Origin: an uncultured archaeon
GTDB lineage: Archaea; Thermoplasmatota; Thermoplasmata; Thermoplasmatales; Thermoplasmataceae
Direction of reading: 5' to 3'
Assembly: GCA_000965745.1 (NCBI GenBank)
Contig: CP009479.1
Location: 1,984,001 to 2,048,000, forward strand
DNA: 64,000 nucleotides
Shown here: one piece after another, positions 51,381 to 60,657 of the stretch
Layout of the letters: each line of letters begins with the position of its first letter
How positions within the stretch are numbered: position 1 is the stretch's first letter
Notes under the pieces: generated by a model
Seen by the model: only the letters and a program-made list of their open reading frames with translations
What the model was told of the DNA's origin: nothing
Databases searched by the model: none
Made by a program: the position numbers and the translations under genes

Positions 51381-51967
51381 AATGCTGGAGAGTTGCCTTA
51401 TATTAAATATTTTTTAGTATTATTGTCAAAAATACTATCATATTGTCATTATAGAAACTTATATTGTGAATATTTCAACATTAACTGATGAAATAATTGT
51501 GCTTATATCTCACCTGTTACCTTTCGAAGGAAACTCTAACGCCTTCCTCAATAAAACGCACTTTGTTCTATCCATGGCAAACACTCTGGCACGCCTCCTG
51601 CAATGTCTGGGATATAATTTCCGGCATCTCATCCCGGATGGATTTTCAGGAATCCTTCTATTAGAGCTGCCACATTTTTGTTCTGTGGGCTTTATCGATA
51701 AAACATTTCATCATTCTTTTCGACATTGCCTTTCTATCAGAAGTATGAAGCTACTCCCCGAACCAAATTCATGCAGGCTGCGAGTTGATACGCCACAAGG
51801 TTCTCAGCCATTTTTGAAGCTTTTTCCATGCCGTCAATTGTAGAAATAACAAGCCCATTCGTGCAAACATATTCTGATTAGATGTTTAGGTGAAATGACC
51901 TGTGGGATAGGGGGCAACTCCGGCACTTTATTCGATTGGGAATGTGCAATTTGAGGGTTTTAAAAAG

Positions 51968-52000
51968 GTTAGATTTACCTAATAGTTATATAGGTCTAAC
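51968..52000. promoter_or_regulatory. Tandem imperfect palindromes (GTTAG-N6-CTAAC type), probable MarR operator
   Basis: GTTAGATTTACCTAAT and GTTATATAGGTCTAAC overlap the TTATATA box of the MarR gene. Confidence 0.55.
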
Positions 52001-52017
52001 TAATATACCCCAATCAG

Positions 52018-52539
52018 ATGAATAAGGACTCGTATCACTCCATCGATAAAGACATTTCTGCTGAAAAATCACAGATTGTCAACGAGATATTTACTGCTTG
52101 GGAGAGCCTGGTATCGGAGATTATCTCCTATCACTCAAAATCCCTGAAATACGAGCGTCTCAAGCTACCGAGTTTTTTCATCATGAATTACCTTTACAGG
52201 AATGGGCCCCAGAATCTCTCGGTTCTCGCCAACCTGGCCGGGGTATCAAAACCCACTATCACGAGCATAGTGGACAATCTCGAAAACCACGGCCTGGTAG
52301 CCAGAACAAAGGACACTGTTGACCGGCGGAAGCTGGCAGTTGACATAACCCCGTTGGCGGGAGAGAAGATGAAAAGGATCTTTTTCAGCAAAGACGACGT
52401 GAAAACAGAACTTGCCAAAGCTCTGAGCAGTGATCAGCTCAATGCATTCAGGGAATCAATCTGCGTTCTTGGAACTATAGTACGCAGCGTCTCTGAAAAG
52501 AAACTGACCACAATGACAGAAGGTGAAGAAAATTACTGA
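52018..52539 (+). CDS. MarR-family regulator
   Basis: 'LANLAGVSKPTITSIVDNLE..GLV.R..D..DRR'. Confidence 0.92.
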   Translation: MNKDSYHSIDKDISAEKSQIVNEIFTAWESLVSEIISYHSKSLKYERLKLPSFFIMNYLYRNGPQNLSVLANLAGVSKPTITSIVDNLENHGLVARTKDTVDRRKLAVDITPLAGEKMKRIFFSKDDVKTELAKALSSDQLNAFRESICVLGTIVRSVSEKKLTTMTEGEENY

Positions 52540-54046
52540 ATACGATGAGAATGGTTTCTCTACAAAGTACGACTCTAAATATGCCCGGACTGTAATGATT
52601 ATCCTGGCAATGCTGGTGATTGTTGTGATGTATGTTGAGGGGATGCTTACGCCATCTCTTCCATCTATTGCCGGTGATTTTCACGTTACAATTTCCCAGG
52701 TAAGCCTGGTGCTTTCCACTTACCTTGTAGGAGGGGTCGCTTTTACCCCTATTGTGGGTAAACTTGGCGATATATACGGAAAGAAGAAGGTACTGACAGC
52801 AATCCTGTTCATATATCTGGCTGCGGTATTTGTAACTGGATTTTCCCCCAACTTCACCTTCATGGTTGTATCCAGAACCATACAGGGAGTGGGCATGGCG
52901 ATAATGCCATTGGGCATGAGCCTTGTCAGGGAAGAGTTTCCAAGGGATCTTGTGCCGAAAGCACAGGCCCTTATTAGCGCAATGTTCGGGGCAGGTTTTG
53001 CAATCAGCCTGCCGCTGGGCTCCTTAGTCTCAAATGACTTCGGGTGGAGGGTGACCTATCACACCGCAACACCTTTTGTTTTTATTCTGGCAATCGTAAC
53101 TATATTCGTAATCAAGGAATCTAGATTTAAGAGACCGGAAACAAAGATAGACATCGTGGGGGCAACTTTACTCAGCACTGTCCTCGGGCTCTTTGTTTTT
53201 GCTCTTTCCGAAGGCCCTACATGGGGATGGACTTCAACCGGCATTTTGGCCCTGTTTATAATCGGGGCCATTCTGATGGTGCCCCTGGTAGCTTACGAAA
53301 GGGGGTACACAAGGAAGAAGGGAGAGGCGATTGTGAACTTCAAACTGCTATCGGAAAGAAATGTTCTGGTTGCCAATCTGGCCCTGAGTATATCCGGTAT
53401 GGCGATGTTCCTTTCCATGCAGGCCCTGACATACAGGCTGGAGCTTCCGGTCCCTGCGGGGTTCGGCAAGTCCATAGTTGATACAGGGCTTTCTCTGGTT
53501 CCATTTGCCATAGGCGTCCTGGCGATGGGGCCTGTAACTGGGGCCCTTGTCTCCAGGACAGGGGTAAAACCCCTGGCAATACTTGGTGCTGTCCTTTCTG
53601 CGGTAGGATTTTTCATGCAGGCAACATTGCCCGGCTATACCGGCATCTTGATCTATGAGTTCATCACGGGTGCAGGCCTTTCGCTGCTCAACGGATCAAT
53701 GATAAATTTCGTTGTTCTTACTGTCCATCCGAAGGATATGGGGCTGGCCACTGCCATGAACGGAACATTCAGGAGCATGGGGAGCGGCATAGGCGCACCT
53801 GTTGCGGGATCACTGATGTCAACATTCACAGCATCGTTTGTGATAGGTGTCGGCGGCGGGCTCACAATAACTAGACTTCTCCCGTCGCATCTGGCTTTCA
53901 CCTATACTTTCTTAGCAGCATCGGTTGCGTTTATGGTCTCTGCAATCGTGATACTCTACGGTAAGGAGGTACTTGGAAGAGGACAGTCCAGGGTTAGGGC
54001 AAGCAGCAGGAGTGAGCTGAAAGCTGAGGATGCTCCGGCACAATGA
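52523..54046 (+). CDS. DHA2-type 14-TM MFS efflux transporter
   Basis: 'GKLGDIYGKKK', 'RTIQGVG'; overlaps the MarR gene. Confidence 0.9.
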   Translation: MKKITEYDENGFSTKYDSKYARTVMIILAMLVIVVMYVEGMLTPSLPSIAGDFHVTISQVSLVLSTYLVGGVAFTPIVGKLGDIYGKKKVLTAILFIYLAAVFVTGFSPNFTFMVVSRTIQGVGMAIMPLGMSLVREEFPRDLVPKAQALISAMFGAGFAISLPLGSLVSNDFGWRVTYHTATPFVFILAIVTIFVIKESRFKRPETKIDIVGATLLSTVLGLFVFALSEGPTWGWTSTGILALFIIGAILMVPLVAYERGYTRKKGEAIVNFKLLSERNVLVANLALSISGMAMFLSMQALTYRLELPVPAGFGKSIVDTGLSLVPFAIGVLAMGPVTGALVSRTGVKPLAILGAVLSAVGFFMQATLPGYTGILIYEFITGAGLSLLNGSMINFVVLTVHPKDMGLATAMNGTFRSMGSGIGAPVAGSLMSTFTASFVIGVGGGLTITRLLPSHLAFTYTFLAASVAFMVSAIVILYGKEVLGRGQSRVRASSRSELKAEDAPAQ

Positions 54047-54325
54047 GTCACCTCATCTCATTTTTTTCCACTACTCGCAAAATCACAGTGGTTGGCAAGA
54101 GTCAACCAATTTTGCCATTCAGCTCATCTCCTTTAGAACTGCACGTCATGTGCAGCCCAAGCGAGTTGATATGAAGAGTCCGCGCATCTCGGACATCGTG
54201 AATGGGTGTGGCCGATTTGTTCTCCTCCTGCATTCCTGGAATGTTTCCTTCATGCTCTCACCCCGAGAAGCTGGAACCCTCATCAAACAATTTAGAATCA
54301 AAAGTTGAGGAAAAACTTAATAATA

Positions 54326-54399
54326 TGGGCTCGCCGGGATTCGAACCCGGGTAATCGGCTCCGAAGGCCAACAGGATATCCTAGCTACCTCACAAGCCC
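54326..54399 (-). tRNA. tRNA-Arg(TCG)
   Basis: Reverse complement GGGCTTG...CT-TCG-GA...GGTTCGAATCC...CGAGCCCA. Confidence 0.93.
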
Positions 54400-54446
54400 A
54401 CTGATGATATGTTAACGAACAATAAAAGCCGTACGCTCCAAGCAAG

Positions 54447-54680
54447 CTAAAGTGTTGTCTGGACCTCGTTGCCCTCCGGAAACATAATACTGGAAAGCCC
54501 TGTTGAGTCCAGGTAATCGAAGAAGTCGTAAACGGGCTTGTTTTTTCCTTTCCCGGTTATGTTGACCACTGACTTGAAGTTGAAGCACAGCCTGCACTTG
54601 GTTATAAACGCAGAATGAAATGTACAGTTTCCATCATTGTGGTAGATGCAGTTCTGCTCAACACTTCTGTCTCCTGTCAT
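54447..54680 (-). CDS. 77-aa Cys/His-rich hypothetical protein
   Basis: 'CIYHNDGNCTFH...KCRLC'; ATGA overlap with the upstream gene. Confidence 0.7.
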   Translation of the reverse strand: MTGDRSVEQNCIYHNDGNCTFHSAFITKCRLCFNFKSVVNITGKGKNKPVYDFFDYLDSTGLSSIMFPEGNEVQTTL

Positions 54681-57295
54681 GTTATCGACGTATTCTCCGC
54701 AAAGGAATTGAATGCATACTTAAAATTGTTGGGTATTATCTCGAGCATCTCCTTCATCTCCGGTATTTCTCCGTACTTCCTCTTCAGCGAAAGGAAAACA
54801 ATAGTCTCCTTATACAGCCTGACCAGATTTATTGTGCTCCTCTCATCCTTTGACAGGCTTTTGACATGCCCCATGAATTCATCTCTGCTTACCCTGCCAG
54901 CCATGCAGCTGATTTCCAGGGCCCTGATAAGATAGTCATATTTCCTTACGCCTGTATCAGGTGGGGGGCAACTCTCGAGGTACTTTTCAAGTCCTGCTTC
55001 ATCACCCTGGTAGAACAGGACCAGCCCCTTGTGTACGATGGACATCAGGACGCCATACCTTTCCCCCATGTCTGCTGCCCTTCTAATGCAGATGTCAGCA
55101 GCGTTGTTTGCGTTTTCAAAGTCTCCCCTGAAAACAAAAAATATTGCTGCCATGGAGTAGAAAATTGGAAGGAACTCTTCATCTTCGGGCAACTCCTCGA
55201 GAAACAGTGACGGCAGAATATCGCTCTTTTCCCCAGTAACGAGTTCATGGGAAAACTCCTTCATTGCGTACGCTATCTTGTACAGTTCTCCATCCTTGTT
55301 TCTGTTAACCGCTTCAAGCGCCTTCTCAGAAGCTTCAAGCGAGCTCCTGACTTCGAGTTCATTAAGGTAAAGAATAGACAGGAATCTAAAAAATCTGTAC
55401 TTCAGGTCATTACGGTCTGCAAGTTCAACAAGTTTTATTGCTGACGGAATGTAGCTTCTGACTTCATCCACTCTTCCGGTTATGTAGTAAGTTTCGGCGA
55501 GGTTGTAAGTCGAGTAGGCCCTGGTTACCAGGTCTCCCGTGAGGTATGAGTTCTCAATAAGCTCATTGAATATTCCGATTGCTTCACTATACTCCCCTTC
55601 GTAGCTCTTCAGAATTCCTATGTTGTTGAGATTCTTGGCAGCGTTTCCCAGAAGCCCAAGGCTTCTATTGATCTCAAGCGATTCCTCGTAAAATCTCATC
55701 GCTTCCCCATGCCTGAAGGTTTCAAGGCACACATTTCCCAGAATATTCAGTGCCTCAGCTTCTTTGCCACTGTCTCCTGCAGTTTTCAGAATGTTTCTGG
55801 CCTTGTCCGTTATTTCATACGCCGAAGCGTACTCCCTCTTTTTGAGAAGCACCGATCCCTTTGCGAGATAAAGAAGCCCTATTTCTGTATCACTAACTTT
55901 TTCTGAAGCGCCTATCTTTTCTATCAGCTCAAGAGCAGACGAGTACTCCCCTCTATGTGTGTTAAGCCTTGCGAGGCTTATCTTTGGCACTATCTCACTG
56001 GGATGTTCCGATATTATCCCCTCATAACAGGCAGAAGCCCCCTCTGCCTCACCCAGCAACTCTAGAGCCTCACATCTTGTTAGCGACGCTGTGACTGAAT
56101 ACGTCATCTTTTCAGCTTTCTCCAGGAAGTCGGTAAGGAAGTCTATAAGTGACCTGAGTGAGGCAAATTTGGAGATTATGGAACTGCCCTGTTCTTCTAT
56201 GATCCTCCCGATGTATTCTATCTCTCCTTTCTGCAGCAGTATGTACAGCTGCATCTGAAGCGGCAGTTCGACGAAAAGGTCGCTCTTGCTCATGGTATAG
56301 TATATCTGAAGCTTGCGGGTGTTGGACATCCTGCTCAATATGAAGTCCCTTATCCTGTAGTTTGAGATATCATATTTCAGACCTTTCTCCGAAACCACCC
56401 CGGACTTTTCAAGCTTGCTGAGTACCTTCAGCATATCCGTGTCGTCTACGCCAGCTAAACGGCCAAGCCTCGTGTATGTTGTTTCCTCCTCTATGAGAGC
56501 CAGGAGTTCTGCGACAAAAGCCTGTTTCTCAGTAAGCTCAGAAAGGATCCTTTCATAGTGTATCTCAACTGCCTGAGGGATCGGAAAGAATCTGTAGACA
56601 ACATCGTCAACCTCCTTTTCCCCGTTTATGATTCCGTGATCTTCGTAGTACTGCAGCGTGTATTTCAATGTGTTTATGTTTCCGTCCACTACCCTGAACA
56701 AATCGTTGACAAACCGGTCGGGGAGGTTGTATCCGTTTATTCCGAGAAAAAACCTGAAATCGTCGACTTTCATTTTTTCAAGATGTATGGTCTTGACCTG
56801 CTCTTCAGTCTCGAGGAGCTGGAGAAAACGCCTGCTAAGCCTGCTGCTTTCTACAAAATTTGTTGTGAAAGACCCGATAAGTTTGAAATTATACTTCTTC
56901 GTGAGACGGGAAAGATACAGGAAGAAATCCCTGGACTCATCTGAAACGCTTTCCAGCCCTTCTGCGATTATTACTGTACTTCCCGAATCATCTCCCTTCA
57001 GGAGTTCTATGTAACCGTTCATCAATTCCTCAATATTCCGGTTCCTGAACTCATCAAACGCGTCATTAAGGATTTCATTGAAAAGATGGTATCTTGAAAG
57101 CTCCGTCTTCAGGTAGCTTGAGCCCCTGAAAAATTTAATGCCCTCTGGCTGAAGTCTATCGCGCAAGTAGCCTATGGTCTCTGTCTTGCCAAAACCCTCA
57201 GGAGCTACAAGCACGTAGCTTGTACCCTCTTCTTTGGAAGGAATTTCCTCCTCAAGTTTTTTACAGGCATCTACATAGGATGTGCTTCCATCCAT
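54677..57295 (-). CDS. STAND-like P-loop ATPase + winged helix + TPR protein
   Basis: 'APEGFGKT' Walker A-like, 'DGNI' at the GxP position, wHTH 'LSKLEKSGVV', TPRs 'EALNILGNV', 'NLNNIGIL'. Confidence 0.78.
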   Translation of the reverse strand: MDGSTSYVDACKKLEEEIPSKEEGTSYVLVAPEGFGKTETIGYLRDRLQPEGIKFFRGSSYLKTELSRYHLFNEILNDAFDEFRNRNIEELMNGYIELLKGDDSGSTVIIAEGLESVSDESRDFFLYLSRLTKKYNFKLIGSFTTNFVESSRLSRRFLQLLETEEQVKTIHLEKMKVDDFRFFLGINGYNLPDRFVNDLFRVVDGNINTLKYTLQYYEDHGIINGEKEVDDVVYRFFPIPQAVEIHYERILSELTEKQAFVAELLALIEEETTYTRLGRLAGVDDTDMLKVLSKLEKSGVVSEKGLKYDISNYRIRDFILSRMSNTRKLQIYYTMSKSDLFVELPLQMQLYILLQKGEIEYIGRIIEEQGSSIISKFASLRSLIDFLTDFLEKAEKMTYSVTASLTRCEALELLGEAEGASACYEGIISEHPSEIVPKISLARLNTHRGEYSSALELIEKIGASEKVSDTEIGLLYLAKGSVLLKKREYASAYEITDKARNILKTAGDSGKEAEALNILGNVCLETFRHGEAMRFYEESLEINRSLGLLGNAAKNLNNIGILKSYEGEYSEAIGIFNELIENSYLTGDLVTRAYSTYNLAETYYITGRVDEVRSYIPSAIKLVELADRNDLKYRFFRFLSILYLNELEVRSSLEASEKALEAVNRNKDGELYKIAYAMKEFSHELVTGEKSDILPSLFLEELPEDEEFLPIFYSMAAIFFVFRGDFENANNAADICIRRAADMGERYGVLMSIVHKGLVLFYQGDEAGLEKYLESCPPPDTGVRKYDYLIRALEISCMAGRVSRDEFMGHVKSLSKDERSTINLVRLYKETIVFLSLKRKYGEIPEMKEMLEIIPNNFKYAFNSFAENTSIT

Positions 57296-57372
57296 CCTTG
57301 CACTAAGAATATTGTTTTATTAATATTTTTTTACCAATATGGTGATTTAAATTTCTTGATGGACGCTTTTCA

Positions 57373-58116
57373 TCAAATTTTAACACGCCTGCCCGAGTCG
57401 GTCAGTTTGGTTACTCCGAATTCACGCATCCTACCTATGGATTCTATATCAAAAACCGGACCGTCCCTGCAGAGCTGGTAACCGTCCACTGAACATGAAT
57501 CGCAAATCCCGATACCGCACTTCATTAGCCTCTCAAGGGAAAATTCTGCTTTCACATTTCTGCCTTTCAGGTAGTCATGGACAGCTTTAAGCATTTTCTC
57601 AGGGCCGCACACATAAAGCATGCTGAACCTTTCAAGGTCCATCGACCTGAGTTGGTCTACCGGAGTACCTTTCACCCCTGCCGATCCATCATCTGTAACC
57701 CTGAAAATCCGTTCCCGTTCAAATTCATCATCGAAGAGGAGCTCCTTTTCATTTCTGGCAGAAACTACCGCCGAAGAATTCAGGCTGATTAGCGGCCGTA
57801 GGGAAGCCATGCCTGTCCCGCCCCCTACCAGGAGAACTTCCCCCTCTGCAGGCGTGAATGAATCGCCGTAGGGTCCGCGGAAGAACAGCCTGTCCCCGGG
57901 TTCCAGGTTCCTGAGTGCCTTAGAGGTTGGCCCATATTCTTTCACTGTTATGGCCTTTGTCCCTTCAGTGATGGATAGGGACATGGGTATTTCACCTACA
58001 TCAGGAAGCCACACCATGACGAACTGTCCCGGTTTTACAATCTGATCCCATTCGAAGTATAGCGTGGAAACCAACGGGGTTTCTTCTCTCTTGCCCGTGA
58101 CAGCAACACAGATCAT
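57373..58116 (-). CDS. pyrK: Dihydroorotate dehydrogenase electron-transfer subunit
   Basis: 'PGQFVMVW', 'RGPYG', 'CGPEKM', 'CGIGICDSC...C'. Confidence 0.93.
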   Translation of the reverse strand: MICVAVTGKREETPLVSTLYFEWDQIVKPGQFVMVWLPDVGEIPMSLSITEGTKAITVKEYGPTSKALRNLEPGDRLFFRGPYGDSFTPAEGEVLLVGGGTGMASLRPLISLNSSAVVSARNEKELLFDDEFERERIFRVTDDGSAGVKGTPVDQLRSMDLERFSMLYVCGPEKMLKAVHDYLKGRNVKAEFSLERLMKCGIGICDSCSVDGYQLCRDGPVFDIESIGRMREFGVTKLTDSGRRVKI

Positions 58117-59018
58117 CCCGATATCGCCACCCCTATGAGTTCATCGATCCTATCGACCTTCTCTCTGGCCATGAAATCGTTTATTTGGCCATTAACCAAG
58201 TCGAAAACTCTCCTGCCATGCCTGAAAAGTGCTGTTCCGATTTGTAGCGCTGAGGCACCGGCCATAATGTACTCAATTGCATCATAGCCGGTTTCAATTC
58301 CGCCTACGCCAACTATTTCCTTTCCGGTTTCCTTCTTCACCTCGTAGACATATCTTATCCCCACGGGCTTTATCGCACTTCCCGAAAGGCCTCCATACCT
58401 GTTGCTCAGCACAGGCTTTCTGGCATTGATGTCTATGGACATACCCCTTACCGTGTTTATCAAAACATATGCGTCCGCTCTTTCTGCAGCCTTTGCAATC
58501 TCAAGCATGTTGCTGACATTGGGGCTCAATTTGGCAAACAGCGGTACACTGATCTTCTTCTTGATCTCTGTAACTATTTCTTCAACAAGTGACGCATCGC
58601 TGCCCACTTCGGTTCCGAAACCCTCCACGTGCGGGCATGAAAGGTTCAGTTCAACGCCGGAAACCGAGAATTTTTCCATCTTTTCTGCCAGGTTCACAAA
58701 ATCTTCTACAGTAGATGCAAAAATGCTTCCAATTACTGGTTTTCCAGCAGTCAATGCGATTTCTATCTCTTCTCCGAAACTTTCAATTCCCGGATTGGCT
58801 AGCCCCACCGCATTAAGGAGGCCACTGTCAACTTCTGCTATGACAGGAGGCCTGTATCCTGCCCTCTCATCAATACCTATAGACTTTGTAACAACGGCTG
58901 CTGCACCCTCTTCCATAATTCTCCTCATGGTGTAGCCGTTTTCATCAAGTATACCAGATGCAAGGATTAGGGGATTCTCAAGCTCAAGCCCTGCAATCTT
59001 CGCTGAAATGTCCGGCAT
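58113..59018 (-). CDS. pyrD: Dihydroorotate dehydrogenase (family 1B)
   Basis: 'NAVGLANPG', 'ELNLSCPH', 'KLSPN', 'GGLSG'. Confidence 0.95.
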   Translation of the reverse strand: MPDISAKIAGLELENPLILASGILDENGYTMRRIMEEGAAAVVTKSIGIDERAGYRPPVIAEVDSGLLNAVGLANPGIESFGEEIEIALTAGKPVIGSIFASTVEDFVNLAEKMEKFSVSGVELNLSCPHVEGFGTEVGSDASLVEEIVTEIKKKISVPLFAKLSPNVSNMLEIAKAAERADAYVLINTVRGMSIDINARKPVLSNRYGGLSGSAIKPVGIRYVYEVKKETGKEIVGVGGIETGYDAIEYIMAGASALQIGTALFRHGRRVFDLVNGQINDFMAREKVDRIDELIGVAISG

Positions 59019-59120
59019 GTATCACTAACCGGAAGTCGATCCCTACAGTTTATTTAAATTCAATTGTCCACAGGGCACCCCCAATGCAGATATGGCCTTA
59101 TGGCAGGCCCGCCGGTAAGT

Positions 59121-59612
59121 TCAGTATTCTGTGGGCATGAAATCGGGAAAGCCTTCGAGAACAACATACCCTTTCTTCTCGAGTGCTCCCCTGTAAAGGT
59201 ACACCTTTTCAAACGGCAGGTCAACCATCCTGTTGCTGAGGTAGTATTTTCCACCATTTTCAGAAAAAATTCTGCAGCCGCTCATGTTTGCATAGTTCAT
59301 CACAAGGTCTTCCGTTACGGTGAGGAAATCCCTGATCACGCGATCAGGCAGGTTGCTGCTGATTACCACTCTGGAGGCACCTGAAACTATGCTGTCAACA
59401 AGATCAGCAGTCCGTTCTGGGAAGCTCATTACAGTAATTTCGAAGAACTTAGAAAGCTCGTTGTAGAGTTTCAGGTTGTATGCACCTTTATTCAGGCCGT
59501 CCAAATCTATGACAAAGAGCTCTTCCTCATCCTCAAATTCAAGCAGGGTTTTAGCATTGACGAACCCTGTAATCTCCTTGTTGTCCAGGACTACACACTT
59601 AACTGTTTCCAA
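59121..59612 (-). CDS. Truncated HisA/HisF-like TIM-barrel protein
   Basis: 'LFVIDLDG', 'SGASRVVISS'. Confidence 0.55.
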   Translation of the reverse strand: METVKCVVLDNKEITGFVNAKTLLEFEDEEELFVIDLDGLNKGAYNLKLYNELSKFFEITVMSFPERTADLVDSIVSGASRVVISSNLPDRVIRDFLTVTEDLVMNYANMSGCRIFSENGGKYYLSNRMVDLPFEKVYLYRGALEKKGYVVLEGFPDFMPTEY

Positions 59613-59825
59613 CCCGGAATTATGGTACCTGTTCTAATAACATTATTCATCAAGTTTGCCTTCATGTCATCTATTGTCACTGAAAATAAAAATACAGAGC
59701 AGTTGATTTGAGCGTTGCAAACAGTCCTAGTTTGGCATGGCTCATACGAAAAATTGCTTTTTATTATGGTGTAATAACTATGATCCATGGGAAATATTAT
59801 ATTCTGTTAAGTTAATATATCGAAT

Positions 59826-60644
59826 GTGCTTGCAGACTCTCGAACTTACAGGCTCAAATTCACCAGGGTTCTGATCCCGATGGCAAGTGGCGGGAAATCA
59901 AGAAGAGTCCTGGATATTGCCTATGACATGGCGTCTGTGCATGATTGCGAAATCACTGCCTTAACAATAAAGGATGAAGTCCATGATATGGCATGGAGCG
60001 AAAAGGTTGCACGTGTGACGGAAGCCTACAGGGAAGGCAAGGACAAAGGGATAAAAGTTGTCCCCAAGATAAGAACCAGGGGGTCTGTCAGGGAATGCAT
60101 CACCGATGAGGTTAATGCCCATGCCTACAGCATGGTAATGCTTGCAGCAGGAAAAAGGTCACCTCTGTCAGCATCCATTTTCGGCGGAATCGGAGACCAC
60201 GTCCTGAAGAACTCAAAAATACCGGTCATCGCCGCGAGCGTGTCAGATACCAGCTATCCCTACAGAAGCATCTTTCTTCCAGTGTCCGAGAACGTGAACA
60301 CCCGGACTGCGGTTTCATTCGCACTCAACCTGAAAATAGCAACTGGTGCGAAACTCTACCTTGCTGACCTTAGAGGATATGACACCAAGATAAGGCACGG
60401 GTTCAAGCTTCTTTTCGACCATTTTGAGGAGATGCTTGAAAGGTTTGGCAGGGATATCGTTGTCATTAAGGGTGGATTTTCAGAAACTCTCAAGGAAGAG
60501 CTAAAATCACTCTCAGAGAGGCTTTCTCCTGATGCCACAGTGCTTGGGGTCCGATCTGACACATCGGGAAAAATCAGGATGAGTTCCAACGTTAAAGCCA
60601 CGATAAAGGAGAACCCGGGTGACACAATTCTGATAAAAAAGTAG
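59826..60644 (+). CDS. Tandem universal stress protein
   Basis: 'VLIPM', 'IFGGIGDHVLKNSKIPVI', second 'IFLPV'. Confidence 0.85.
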   Translation: MLADSRTYRLKFTRVLIPMASGGKSRRVLDIAYDMASVHDCEITALTIKDEVHDMAWSEKVARVTEAYREGKDKGIKVVPKIRTRGSVRECITDEVNAHAYSMVMLAAGKRSPLSASIFGGIGDHVLKNSKIPVIAASVSDTSYPYRSIFLPVSENVNTRTAVSFALNLKIATGAKLYLADLRGYDTKIRHGFKLLFDHFEEMLERFGRDIVVIKGGFSETLKEELKSLSERLSPDATVLGVRSDTSGKIRMSSNVKATIKENPGDTILIKK

Positions 60645-60657
60645 AGGTGACTGCATA

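Noticed and set aside
51466-51843. 125-aa plus-strand ORF in the argG-marR gap
   Set aside because: Atypical composition and no motifs. The gap may hold a decayed gene, but I could not identify one.
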